A stretch of DNA of 64,000 bases from Anthoceros angustus (lineage: Eukaryota; Plantae; Anthocerotophyta). A program made the position numbers and the translations under genes. Positions 50,721 through 62,403 of this stretch are shown here, piece after piece. Where the stretch lies: contig MU008185.1 in NCBI GenBank assembly GCA_010909165.1, positions 1-64,000 of the forward strand, written 5' to 3'. Under the pieces are notes generated by a model. That model searched no databases. It was not told where the DNA came from and was given only the letters and a program-made list of their open reading frames with translations. How positions within the stretch are numbered: position 1 is the stretch's first letter; each line of letters begins with the position of its first letter.

Positions 50721-52669
50721 CAGGTACCAGCTTACAACCTGAGACACAACCAGCTACGCAGTAGTGCACACGTGTCGCTGATCAAAATGTATCCAAGTTA
50801 CATCCGGACTGTTCCACCTACACACTTAAAAGCGGACAAAGGCGCCTGATGAAGCGGACCCAACTACCAAAGATTGTTTACTCGGAGAATTAAGACCAAC
50901 ACAACCTCGTAAAAGAAACCGAGGTTAGCCAAACCTCATTGTAAGAGCAAAAGACAATACATGCAAAATAGCATACTGCAATTGCTATCTATACTTCAAT
51001 ACGAATCAGCCATACAATCCTACATACACGACGATGAGACGAGACATATTACTTTCCAGTATTTAGCCAGTGGCGGAGGTACAAAACTACGAGGCAAGTG
51101 TATTCTAACTCTACTCATATTTAAAAGAAACAGTGGAAAGAAACAAAACTGACAATTTATGAAAGAGAGCACTAAACAACATGCAAAACATGCTACAAGA
51201 AAAGGACACAACATAGGAACAAAATTCATGCAACCGACGTTACTGGAAGACACAGCAGAAAACAAAACAAGACGAGCGCGTACGAACCAACCTCCGAACA
51301 TAGACATTGAAGAATCCAAACATATACACTGAAAGAAACAAACACTTGAAGAGACTCAAAGACCTGGATACTCGATTTGGATAATTTGCTTGGGAGACTG
51401 ATATACTATGTGTTCTTACTTACGTCAATCAAAGACTTCTTCAAACAAAAGCAAACACGATGAAAACATAAGTTCGCAACTACAAGATTTTTAGTGCAAG
51501 CAGCAAAGAGACAAAAGTGACATTAAAGAACACAACATGCGAACTCTAAGCACAAAACTCCTAACCGATAACACGGCAAGTTCATAACGAAACTTGACCT
51601 GACGTAAGAAGGAAAAAAGGCATAACAATCAAGTACCCACAGGTCCGGTTGAAAGCTGTTAATTAGGCTGATTACACATAAAAAGGGTGACTAAAGTCGA
51701 CTAAAGTGACGGACTAACCATACCTTCTAAAGCTAGCCTTAACCAAAGCCCCGACGAAAAATGAGGTTAGATAGTCAAAGTACAAACAAAACAAGGAAGC
51801 AACCAACAAACAAAACAAGGAAGCAACCAACAAACAACAAGATAGAAAGTAATCCACAATGAAAAACGATGACGGCCATGTATCGCAGATAACACACTTG
51901 CACCCGAACATGCGGATGTTATCCACCAAAGATGCAACTACCCTTGTCTTGAGGAAGACTAGAACGTTGATTCGTCGATGTCCAATGCGACATCACTGAG
52001 TCAACGTGATCATCGCTTGAGTCAACGATCTATGCTTGTCGTATGCTTTGAAAGCATGCAAGCATTAGATCAAAGCGAAAACAATTATCACTAACTGTCG
52101 ATGACTAACCATACCTCATAAAGGGGCCAGCCTTAAGCAAAGGCTGAAAGACAGAAAATGGACATAAGATAGCTATTATATAAGAAGAAATAAAAAACCA
52201 GCTAACATAAAAAACGGCCAGATAACCTGGACACAACAAGACAAAAAATAAACCACCATAAGACAAAATGACAATCAAACGACAACAAGGTATCGAAGAT
52301 AACTCACAGTTGCAACCAAACATGGAGATGTAACGTCCAATACTTCCACCGATTACTCCGCATAGATCGCAACAACATCGTGAGACAAGAACGTAACAAG
52401 CGTGATTGATAACAACAGACCAAAGTGGTCTAGCAATATAACTTGCATAAAACAAGATGAAGGAACCGCAATGGTCGAACAAAAGAAGTCCAAGTACAAA
52501 CAAAACAAAACAAGGAAGCAACCAACAAACAAAGACCATCAAAGAACATGATACCATCTTTCCTACAAACAAAACAAAGGACACAAAGACGCTTCTGTTA
52601 CAGTTACGTGTTAAGAAACACGAGCATGCAACCACCCTTACTCCTGGTCATTTCTTAAACGACCAGGCA

Positions 52670-53030
52670 CCATGGCCTTTAGAACAGAGCATTCAAAACG
52701 GGGCAACAAAACAACAGTGGCCTTCGAAACAGAGCATAGAATAGACCTTGGCCTTCAAACAAAAGCTGGAGAAAGGCCTTAGCCTGTATGACGCTAAAAG
52801 AACCTTGGCCTTCAAAAGAGTGGACAAGGCCATAGCCTCGAACACGGATAAAAGAACCTTGGCGTAAACAAAGACCTATGCCTTTAGAGCATAGCAACAC
52901 CTTGGCCTACGAAAAGACAGAGAAGAACTTTGCCTTGAGCGAGCGCAACACCATAGCCTCGAAAAGCCAAAGATGCATAAAAGACCTATGCCTTCGGAGC
53001 AAGAGCGCAGCACCTAAGCCTACGAAAAGA
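52670..53030 (+). repeat. Array of ACCTTGGCCTTCG-like motifs (cassette B)
   Basis: ACCTTGGCCTTC / CCTATGCCTT repeats, reverse complement of the 33480-34135 array. Confidence 0.78.
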
Positions 53031-53059
53031 CAGATGAGGAAAGAAATCTATCTCCGACA

Positions 53060-53400
53060 AGCCTCTTATATAGGCCAGCAAACCTAGCCGTTCTCACTCT
53101 GTTGGCGCCTCCATTCTCTCTCTACCAAACCACATTTGAATTTCCCGGACCTAAAATACCGAGGGGTCCAAACATATCTAGGTTCGCATCTGCTGCCGCC
53201 TCCTCACCCAAACCTAGTTTCCAAGTTCTAAACCTAGCTTACCTTCACCAAACCTAGCCTACCTCCACCAAACCTAATCTCCGAACCCCAAAGCGGCGGG
53301 GCGTAACACAAACCTGCCGTCGAATCACAGCCTGCCACGTTGACACCAGCCGTGAACCATCTAGAACCCTAAAACTTCAGTACATAAACAACTGCCACCC
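53060..53400 (+). promoter_or_regulatory. Core promoter/5'UTR of cassette B
   Basis: CTTATATAGGCC at 53065, then TTCTCACTCTGTTGGCGCCTCCATTCTCTCTCTACC and repeated AAACCTA. Confidence 0.65.
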
Positions 53401-53819
53401 TAATTCTGTCGCGCGCCACCGCCCATCACGCCATCAAGCTCACCGTGTTTTTGGTGCTATTGATCGCAAAAGGTTCTGGCATCTGGGTTTAGGGTCGCTC
53501 GCTACGCTCAGCAAGTTACAGCCCATTAGCCGCCAGCACCTTACACCGGCATCGTCATCCCTAGCGTTCTCTGGGACGTTCTTGCATCCTCAACGGCGCT
53601 CTCTTTATGATCGAGATCCTCCCGCCCACCACGCCTTGAGTGCTCATGTGTTTCACCCAAGAAACTACGGCAGTGGAAGAGTTCTTGCTGCGATGGCGAA
53701 AAGGTTTGAGAGTGCATGTTCGAGTAGATTGCATAGGTGACAACCAAGTTTTGTACCCGTCATGCCCACTAACAGTCCTATCTTCTTATGTTTTTCTTTT
53801 TATGTCTTTGGCTTGTTGA

Positions 53820-55580
53820 CTGCAGGTCTCCATCATCAAGGTCTTGACATGCTCTTCCAGGTTGGTTTCAGCATCACATTACCTGTTTCCTTGCGATATG
53901 TTGGTCTGTTGCTATCTGTATGCGTGTACGGCATGTGCGGTGATTCCTTTGCCATGTGTTTGTGCATGTTTTAAAGCTTCTTCAGCTCTGGTCGAAAGCC
54001 ACTCAAAGAGTAACGTCCTCACGAGTCTCAGGAGCCGGAGAGGACGGACATCTGGCAGCACCAGATGCTGGTCCACACCGGCTTCCACTAGGCGTTCCAA
54101 GGCGTCATCCCCGAACCCAACCCTCACGAGAACCACACCATCGAGTACATCGCAGAAGTCATCCAGAGGTACTTAGTGAACCATGGGAGCGGCAAGCAAG
54201 CGTTTGCAAGACCCGGACGTGAAGGATGGCTTCCAACCCGAGGTGATGGTGCTAGCCCCTCGGAACGCCTTTGCCGGTTTCTTCAGTTTTGATCATCCGC
54301 GATTTGCCGGCCGATTGTGCATTTGTGATGTCATCCTTGCCGGTCTTTCTTGGGCCGATGCTAATCTCCTGTTGTATCTCGGAAGCCTTCGAGGTGTTGG
54401 CTGAAGACGACCAGCCGGCTCAGGCCCAGCGCATCCTGGCTCCATCGCATAGCTGGGCGGCGCCGGCCACCGGTGCCGGTGCAGACAACGCTGCAACGAC
54501 AAGCTTTCCGCTGACGCCCCTGCGCGGCATCACGCCGGAGTCCCAGAGTTGGGAATCGATCGTCGCCATGGCCTCGATCGGTCGAGATTGAGAAACGGAT
54601 GAACAAGGCGGGGAGGGAAAGTCATACCGGATCGTGAAGGTACCGGATCGGCTCGTGCCGCTCTCCTTGAAGTTCCAGAGTTTGAATGCGCTGGCCACTC
54701 GCACGGAAGGTGAAGCTGGGACGTGAAGGTTTGGCGTGCGTGCGCGCAGGCGCCCAAGCTCAACACGAGCTCCCCGATCGACCATGTGCGAGGCACTACA
54801 CGTCCGCCATGGTGGTGGCGGGCGGCAAGCAAGCGTTTGCCAAGACCCGGACGTGAAGGATGGCTTCCAACCCGAGGTGATGGTGCTAGCCCCTGGGCGC
54901 TCGGTTACGGTTTCTTCGCTTTGATCATCTGGATTTGCGGCCGGTTGTGCATTTGTGATGTCATCCTTGCTGGTCTTTCTTGGGCCGATGCTAATCTCCT
55001 GTTGTATCTCGGAAGCCTTCGAGCAAGTTGTTGGCCTGATTCGAGCCAGCGGCCAGCGCATCATCCGCCGGGCATAGCGGCGCGCCTGGCCACCTACGGT
55101 GCGCTGGTGCAGACAACGCCTGTGACAAGCTTTCATGTTGCCGTGCTGTGCATCACGCCGGAGTCCCAGAGTTGGGAATCGATCGTTCGCCATGGCACGG
55201 GATCGGCGAGATTGAGAAACGGGATGAACAAGGCGGGGAGGGAAAGTCATACCGGATCGTGAAGGTACGGGCCCCGGCTCGGCGTGCCGCTCTCCTTGAA
55301 GTTCGAGTTTGAATGCTGGCTACCCGCCGGAAGGTGAAGCGGGGCGTGAAGGTTTGGCGTGCGTGCGCGAGGCGCCCAAGCTCAACACGAGCTCCCCGAT
55401 CGACCATGTGCGAGGCACTACACGTCCGCCATGGTGGTGGCGGGCGATGGCGTTCGCCACCGAGAGAGAGGACATCATCCGCCACCCGACAATCTCGTGG
55501 TTCGTGGCTGGCCGCCGTGCTTCTGTGGAAGTGCCGGAGCGCACCTGGCAGGCCGGATCTCTTTGCAGCAGAAGAAATAG
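53820..55580 (+). CDS. Cassette B cargo gene, possibly a degenerate Ulp1-like (C48) peptidase; contains a ~640-bp tandem duplication
   Basis: GC-rich coding-like sequence; EVMVLAP...FFALII.DL...LCICDVIL resembles the Ulp1 strand pattern P...HW.L..ID....I...DSL. ~54185-54820 is repeated at ~54820-55445. Confidence 0.35.
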
Positions 55581-56639
55581 CCCATGTATGATATCGATTC
55601 TACTGTATGAAATGACTGACGATATTCTCTTTGTGCAGCACCCTTGGTCGTTAAGAATTATGCGTTGACTCGCGACGGCACTTCAACGAAAAGCAAGGTA
55701 ATCAAGCACAAGTTCAGCAATATTGTCGTCAATCCTCCTCACGTAAACCGATCCGCCAGGTTGTAGGCAACAAGTTGCTTGGTTTCCACCAAGGTGTTCC
55801 TTTGCTCTTCGAGTTAGTTTCGGACTCGAATACTGTTTTCTTGCAATATGCAATTTGTTTCAAGAAGGTTTTAGCGTGGCTCTACTTTTCGATGCGATGT
55901 TGTAGAAACGTGATACGCTATTCACGTTATCTCATGATCGTGTACAAGATGTGCGGTGTGTTCCGTCGCTGTGTGTGCATTTATCACTGTAAAGCGTCTT
56001 TCAGTTCTGATTAAAAGCCACTAATCAAGAAACGTCTGATAACCTTGATGTCTTTGCAGCAAAAGAAATAAACCATGAATGAGTTTGATGTTTGTTCTAC
56101 TGTATGAAATGACTGACGCTAGTCCCTTTGTGCAGCACTAGTGGTCGTAAAGCCCTCAACGTTGACTCGCGATGGTACTTTCAGCGAAAAGCAAGGTAAT
56201 CAACCAGGCAATATTCATCAGTCCTCCTGACGGAAACTAATCCATACTCCGTGTATAGACAGCAGGTCGATTGGCTTTCACTAAGGCGGTGTCAAGCACA
56301 ACGCGAGGGCCGATCGCATCAAAGATCGTAACACACTAGGCGCGGCTTAACAATTTCCATTTCTTGTGTAGGAAAACTAAACGCTTATACCAAGAAGTTG
56401 GTAAGTATCAACCGGTTTTGAGCAGCTTTGTAACTTAAGAACCGCAGTAGCTTAAAGTATACGGCATGCACAGAGCATGCTGCAGCATGGATTCTGGTGT
56501 ATACCCTTTCAACCTGGGTAGAAGATACGTAGAAAAAAAGCAGAACCCTAAAACTGTGAAAGTACTAAGGTAAAATGATGGAGAAAAGCTCGAACACCAT
56601 AAAGTGCGCAAGTAAAACTTTTGCTAGTAATTTTTGCTT

Positions 56640-56852
56640 GAAAGAGAGAGAAAAGAGAGCTATAAGCTGGATGCATTGGGCAACAGATCTTAAGATGCGC
56701 CTGGACCTCGGTACATCGTCGATCTCTGGTCGGCCAGGCGCGTCTCGTGCCCGCCTGCCGCTCCCCTCACGGAACGACGGCGCGGGCGCCACGGCCTAAA
56801 CGGTCTCGCCTAACGGCCTCGACCGTTTCGCCGACGCCCCGTCCGTTCCCCA
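56640..56852 (+). repeat. GC-rich terminal hairpin motif, cassette B
   Basis: TATAAGCTGG...GACCTCGG...CGGTCTCGCCTAACGGCCTCGACCG...GTCCGTTCCC; homologous to 61540-61750. Confidence 0.8.
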
Positions 56853-57654
56853 TACGAAACATACGGACGTGAGAAACTGAAAGAAAGATAAGGAAACTCA
56901 CAGGAAGATGCATAACATCTTCCGAGGACAATCAAGCCAAATGCTAAACGAAACAAATAACAGAAACCTTCACAAACTGGACAAAGAACATACATAAAAC
57001 TCTATGTTCTACGATGGACGAACACAAGGCGACAACTGAAACAAAAATAGGAGATAAAGATGGAAACTTCTTCATGTATCCAGAAACACGGTAGCAACAA
57101 AATAAGAAGACTTACGGCGACTGAAGATGAACATCGTGAACACGGCGACGGCAAACTCCAACAAACAGTAAAAGATAAAAGACCAATTATCCATCTAAAC
57201 AACTGCAAGTCGCAAACGTGAGCGTAAATGAAACACAGAAGCGCTCATACTTCAATGTCCAACCAGTAACTTCAAAACTCCTACTAGCCTCCGATTACAG
57301 GCCTTACGGCCTTTACATTGGTTTCGAGGAAGTAATAAGAAGACAAAGACACGGCCATATAGAAAGATAAACGATAGGAAAGCGACTTCACACACGGAAG
57401 AGCTTAACACACCTCATTGGCAGACAATAGACCTGAACACACATAACAAACCGGCTCGAAGTAAGGTCATCAACAGCCTGGAGCGGAAAAAGAGGCATGC
57501 ACAAAACAAACACGAACACCAACTCAACAACCGCCATGAAGCGAACAGCAGAACAAACTACGGCACAAAACGACAAAGAGAAGAGCGCATACAGTATAGC
57601 GAAAAGAGCGGAGAAAAGCGCCGCACAAAAAGACCAAGACACTCAGAAAACAAA

Positions 57655-57850
57655 AGCATCGGCCTTTAAGCTGAGCAAACCTTGGCCTTCGGAAGCGAAC
57701 AACCTTGGCCTTCGGAAGCGAACAACCTTGGCCTTCGAAGGCGAACAACCTTGGCTTTCGGAAGTAACAACTTCGCATCACAACAAACAGCAAATTTCGC
57801 CTTCAAACTACTTCAAAACTAGACAGCACCTTGGACTTCGACTAACAGGG
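57655..57850 (+). repeat. Array of ACCTTGGCCTTCG motifs (cassette C), including near-perfect 23-bp tandem repeats
   Basis: AACCTTGGCCTTCGGAAGCGAAC x3-4 at 57678-57765. Confidence 0.85.
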
Positions 57851-58009
57851 CTCTTATAAATCGGGATTCCAAAAGGAATCCAGGTACCCCTAACTCCGTG
57901 GAGGAGCTTCGGACATGCGGAAACCTTGGACTACAAAACAAAGGCGACTAGAGGAAGGACCTCGGCCCTTGAAGCTACCCCAGGAAAAGACAAGACCATC
58001 CGAAGAAAG

Positions 58010-58310
58010 GGTTTAAATAGCATACAAAACCCTAACTCTTCTCCCTCTGTCGGCGCCGCCATTCTCTCTCTACTAGACCTTGTTTGAATTTACCGAACCT
58101 AGAATTCCAAACCAACTTCCAAACCTACCTAAATCTGCGATTGGTTCGCCGCCGCCGCCCTAGCTGCCAAACCTAAATTGCACTTACCAAACCTAGCCTG
58201 ACCACACCAAACCTAACCCGAACCTCGGAACGACGGGCGTAAGCCAAGCTTCGACCAATCAAGCGGTGCCACGAGGTCATCGGCAAGAAACTTCCGAACC
58301 CTAACCCATT
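58010..58310 (+). promoter_or_regulatory. Core promoter/5'UTR of cassette C
   Basis: TTTAAATAG..AAAACCCTA..CTCTGTCGGCGCCGCCATTCTCTCTCTACTAGACC, with repeated AAACCTA. Confidence 0.62.
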
Positions 58311-58499
58311 GTTATTCAAAGCATATCGTCCTCATTGCGACTCCTTGCGCGTCCTCGCCCAACCTGCTTGACTCACGCCCGACTTTTGGCTCCACCGGCG
58401 GCACACCGTCACGCTCCATCGGCTCCAACGGTGACGGCACCCCGTCACGCTCCAGCTTCCTCTCTCGCCCAACTTCCTCTATTGCCCATCTCTTGGCTC

Positions 58500-61010
58500 C
58501 AACCATGACTGCACCGCCGGCACGCTCCATCGACTCCATCCGCTCCGTCGCACCCGCCGACACTACCCTTCTTGATGCGATTGGCACAGTTTCAGGTTCT
58601 CTCCGAAGGCGGTGGTTTCCTCCGAGGACGGTTCAGCTAGGTGAGCGTTCCTTACACAATTTGTGAGTGCAGCTATGTGCCCTTTTGCATCTTCCAGCTC
58701 ACCATATTTCATAGGCGGTTCGCGGCTCGCCATATTGTGACAATGAAGCTTCCGTCACTCCATCATAGTAGGACGCCCTTGCGGCACATCGGTGGGCACT
58801 TCTTGGTATGGTGTCTCGACATTGCCGGCCATGAACATGTGTTTATGCCCTCATCCTCATCCATATAGCTGCGGTGGCGGTCGGCAGGTGTGGTGTCGAG
58901 ATCCGGCCCTTCCAAGCAGTGGCTGCTGCTGGAGGTCACGGTCCGGGATGGGGAGGCGAGTCGAGCTACTTCGGCTCGGCGCTACGTCCGGAGGCCGCCT
59001 TAGGCTGCAGTGGCGAGAGGCGGAGGTTCGGGGATGAGGTGACCACTGGCGGATGTGGTGCGATCTCGCAAGTTTACAATGCGATTGCAAGAGGTGGACA
59101 TGGAGAAGTTCCCCACCTGCGGAGGGTCTCGGATGCCTTGTTGTTCCCTCCGGAGGTGCAGGCCACCGCGCGACAAGCATCCGGAGACCCTTCATGTCTT
59201 GGCCCAACCGGGGCCCGGTCACTAGAAAGTGAGTTCGGCCGTGACACGGAACGACTACCTCCGTCATGGTGGATGCGAGATGCGGTAGATATGCCCGCAT
59301 CCCTTGAGATGGGTGTTTGCATCGGCCGGCCATCTCGGTGACCGACTCTGGCGATGACTTGTGTCTGCTGTGCTGCTACGAGCCGTTTGAAGGCAGTGTC
59401 TGCTACGAGCGGCTGTAAGCTTTTGACAAACAAGTCACGAATCTTGCAGACAAGGACCACAAGTAGTGAAAAACTATTACTGAGGGGCTCGGTGACACCG
59501 AGTCAACTCTATGGTAACTAGGTCAACATGTCGCTTGTCGCAAACTTTGCCCTTCTTGGCGATTGTGACAACTAAAAGCGTTTTAATGGCGGAGGCATCG
59601 ATAGTGATGAAATGTTCTTGGCAAGGACACAAGCATTCCATGCGGAGTTTCTTCCAAACTTCTTCCAGTGTATGGTAAATTGGTTCTAGCAGTAATGCTA
59701 ACGCGAAGCTCGAAACTGTATATTTTCCTTTCATTCACGGAGGATCCTTGAACCACGGATCTCATGCTTGGTTCATTATTCTTATACATATATGTGATGT
59801 TCAAGGGCCTCAACCGGTACTATGGAGTGAGAAGAGTCGGGTTGTACTCTCGAAACTTGCCGTCTGGGGCTGTGGGAGGCGAGAAAGTTGGTGAAAATAT
59901 GGATCGAGTTGTGTCTTACTATCTACATCGGTAGCGGAAACCCATTGATCCGTGAGGTCCGCTGTGTTGATGTCCGATGATGGCTCTCATCTATTTTCAA
60001 TGACGTAGAACACAACGCCTTGAACTGCAAGGCAACTTGTTATTGTGTCTCGAGCTTGTTGCTAAGCTTGATCACCGGTATTGCAGTCCATTTGTTGCTT
60101 TGCGTATGTTGCAATGGTGCCTATCACCATTGTTTCCTTTCCTCCTGCATGAATCTATGTAATTTGCGGGTCCTCGGTCCTTATGTGCAACCCTCCTCAC
60201 GGACTTAATATCCTCTTAGGATCCAAGTGAAGTACATGCGTGATCTGCTTGCTTGAGGAGGTGCGTTGAAGAAGCGCGGATGCAGTGGCGTCGAGGATGC
60301 TCGCGGGGTGATTGGTGGGAGACCCGGTGGTCCACACGGAGATCAAGCATGGCGGGCGGATCACGGCCCATCGATGCGCACTGGCATTGGTGGGAATCTA
60401 CCGAGTCATGGGGCTTATTCGGGCGCACCAAAGAAACTCCTGCGCCACTCGGTCTTCATCCTCCCTCGGTGTTGTCTCATTGCAGAATCGGGCTTTGAAA
60501 TGGACTGCATTTGCCGGAGGATGCATCTAGGCGACTTACATGAAGGAATTCATCCAAGGTGCGGTGGCGGTCGGTGTCGAGATCGCTTTCTATTATTTAG
60601 GAGGCCCTTTCTTCGTGGCCCAAGTATTTCCTCGAGCCGCTTTTGGGAGATTGAGGAAGGAAGATCACGGAAGTTGGGCTGCCTTTGGTGGGGTAAGAAT
60701 GCAGCCGGATTACGACTCCAGTGGAGACTATTCTTCAGATGGGAGTGGAGATGTGCAGGACCCGAATCTGTTCGCTCAACCTCTACCTCCGAATGTGGAA
60801 GATCCGAACCAGTCTCCTCCGCAGTCACCTCCAAATGAGGTGCCTCAACTAGATGAGGGGGACCCGAATCAGATCCCTCCACAATCACCAGATGCAGAAG
60901 ACCCGAATCTAACCAGGGTCCCCCTGCAGAAGGTCCTAACCCCCAGACGGGAGATTCGGGAGCCCCTCCTCCACCTGAAGACCACGACGACAGCAACGTT
61001 GAAGTGATTA
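58500..61010 (+). CDS. Cassette C cargo gene of uncertain function (possible Ulp1-like motifs; C-terminal DPNQSPPQSP repeats)
   Basis: Coding-like GC-rich exons: HIGGHFLVWCLDI (~58790), TGGCGAISQVYNAIARG (~59045), a second similar block with PIDAHW / GAVAVGVEI (~60370-60590), and Pro-rich repeats in ORF 60540..61007. Confidence 0.3.
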
Positions 61011-61539
61011 GACGAGCTCAACAAGCATCACTTTGTCACACCACTTGTCAAAACGTATCGATGTCCTTTTTTCATTCGAGCTTGGAACTGGGCATCTAAT
61101 CCAAGACTGACAGTAGTCGCGGAGAAACGATTGAAGGTAAGGTTGTAAGTCATTGGACCATGAAATCGGTACAATGTTGTTCCTCTGCCATGTGGGTTGA
61201 CCCTATTCGCAGATGTGGCCGGTGCGTGTTATTGATCAACGCGATTCTGTTTCTGACACCAGTCGTGTTGCAGTATTGGGCAGGCTTGGAAGCAATAAAT
61301 GGTCACCACGACACGAGCACGAGCTGAAAGCCATACAATTAAGGTTTGTATCCTGCATCTATCGAGTGCAAACCAAGTTTGGAAATCTCTTACCATATTC
61401 CCGTCACGCAGTGTCGCCTGCCATCCCAGAAATAGTGGCTTTGGATGTTGTGTCTCGATACAATCTCCGAGATAGAACTCTTGACTAAGAAGGTGAAAAT
61501 CCGGAAGTAAAAACATCGGACATATTTTTCATCCTAGCA

Positions 61540-61750
61540 AGAGAAAAAAGAATTATAAGCTGGGTACCCTGAGCAACAACTCTTTAATGACGAACAGACC
61601 TCGGCTCCGCCTCGATGCGGTTAAAATTTAGGCTCGGCCTCCCACTCGGCCGCCCCCACGCTGTGGAACGGAGCGCGCCGACGGCCTGAACGGTCTCGGC
61701 CCTAACGGCCTCGACTGCTTTCACGCGACGCCTCCGCGCGTCCGCTCCTA
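61540..61750 (+). repeat. GC-rich terminal hairpin motif, cassette C
   Basis: GACCTCGGCTCCGCCTCG (61597) ... CGGTCTCGGCCCTAACGGCCTCGAC ... CCGCGCGTCCGCTCCTA. Confidence 0.8.
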
Positions 61751-62403
61751 TAAGGTGTTTTGTTTGGGTGTAACCCTGCATATGGTATGTGAACTGTATA
61801 TTTAAACCCGATGATTTCTCCTCATTGATAATTACCTCGCCATGTGTCTTTTTACGTAGATAGAAATCGTCTTTGTGAGTACCGCTCATGAATAATCTAA
61901 TTCTTTACTTGTGTGTGTAGGCTTTATTGTTCATCGTGTGAAGGGTTGGCCTGCCAACATTCTGATTCTGGTCTGTCTGTGAATCAGGATAACCATTTTT
62001 GCCTGAATTTGAAGTCATGATTGAATCTCGTAGTTTGCGTTGTCATTGCTACTGTTTGTGTCGCGGATAACCTTATTTTGTTTGTTTTTCCTCTTAAATC
62101 TAACTTGCCGACAAAGTCTTCTATTACGAAGTATGTGGGTGTTGTTTGAAAAGGAGTTATCTGTTCTCACTAACCAAAAGTGGAGGGGATTTCAATATTT
62201 AACAATGTGTATATTCAATGAATGTGTCGTGCCATATCCCCCCCATCCCTATCCTCGTCTCGATTGTTTTATAATCAATTGTTAGACCCTTGAGTTCCTA
62301 TCGGAAGTTCAACACCATGTGCTTTTTTATTTTGTCTTTTTGTCAACTTCTGCGGGATGTTGTGTTGTCAAGTTCCTTGACCACTCAATTCTCGCTTTTG
62401 CGG

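Noticed and set aside
49500-52650. Hydrophobic membrane-protein-like ORFs on the minus strand
   Set aside because: Artefact of A/C-rich low-complexity strand skew; no conserved motifs.
29778-56852. One hAT-like element bounded by TAGGGAACGGAC...GTCCGTTCCC inverted ends
   Set aside because: No 8-bp TSD, no hAT transposase, and a third copy of the motif at 61750. Better explained as ends of oppositely oriented cassettes, though not formally excluded.
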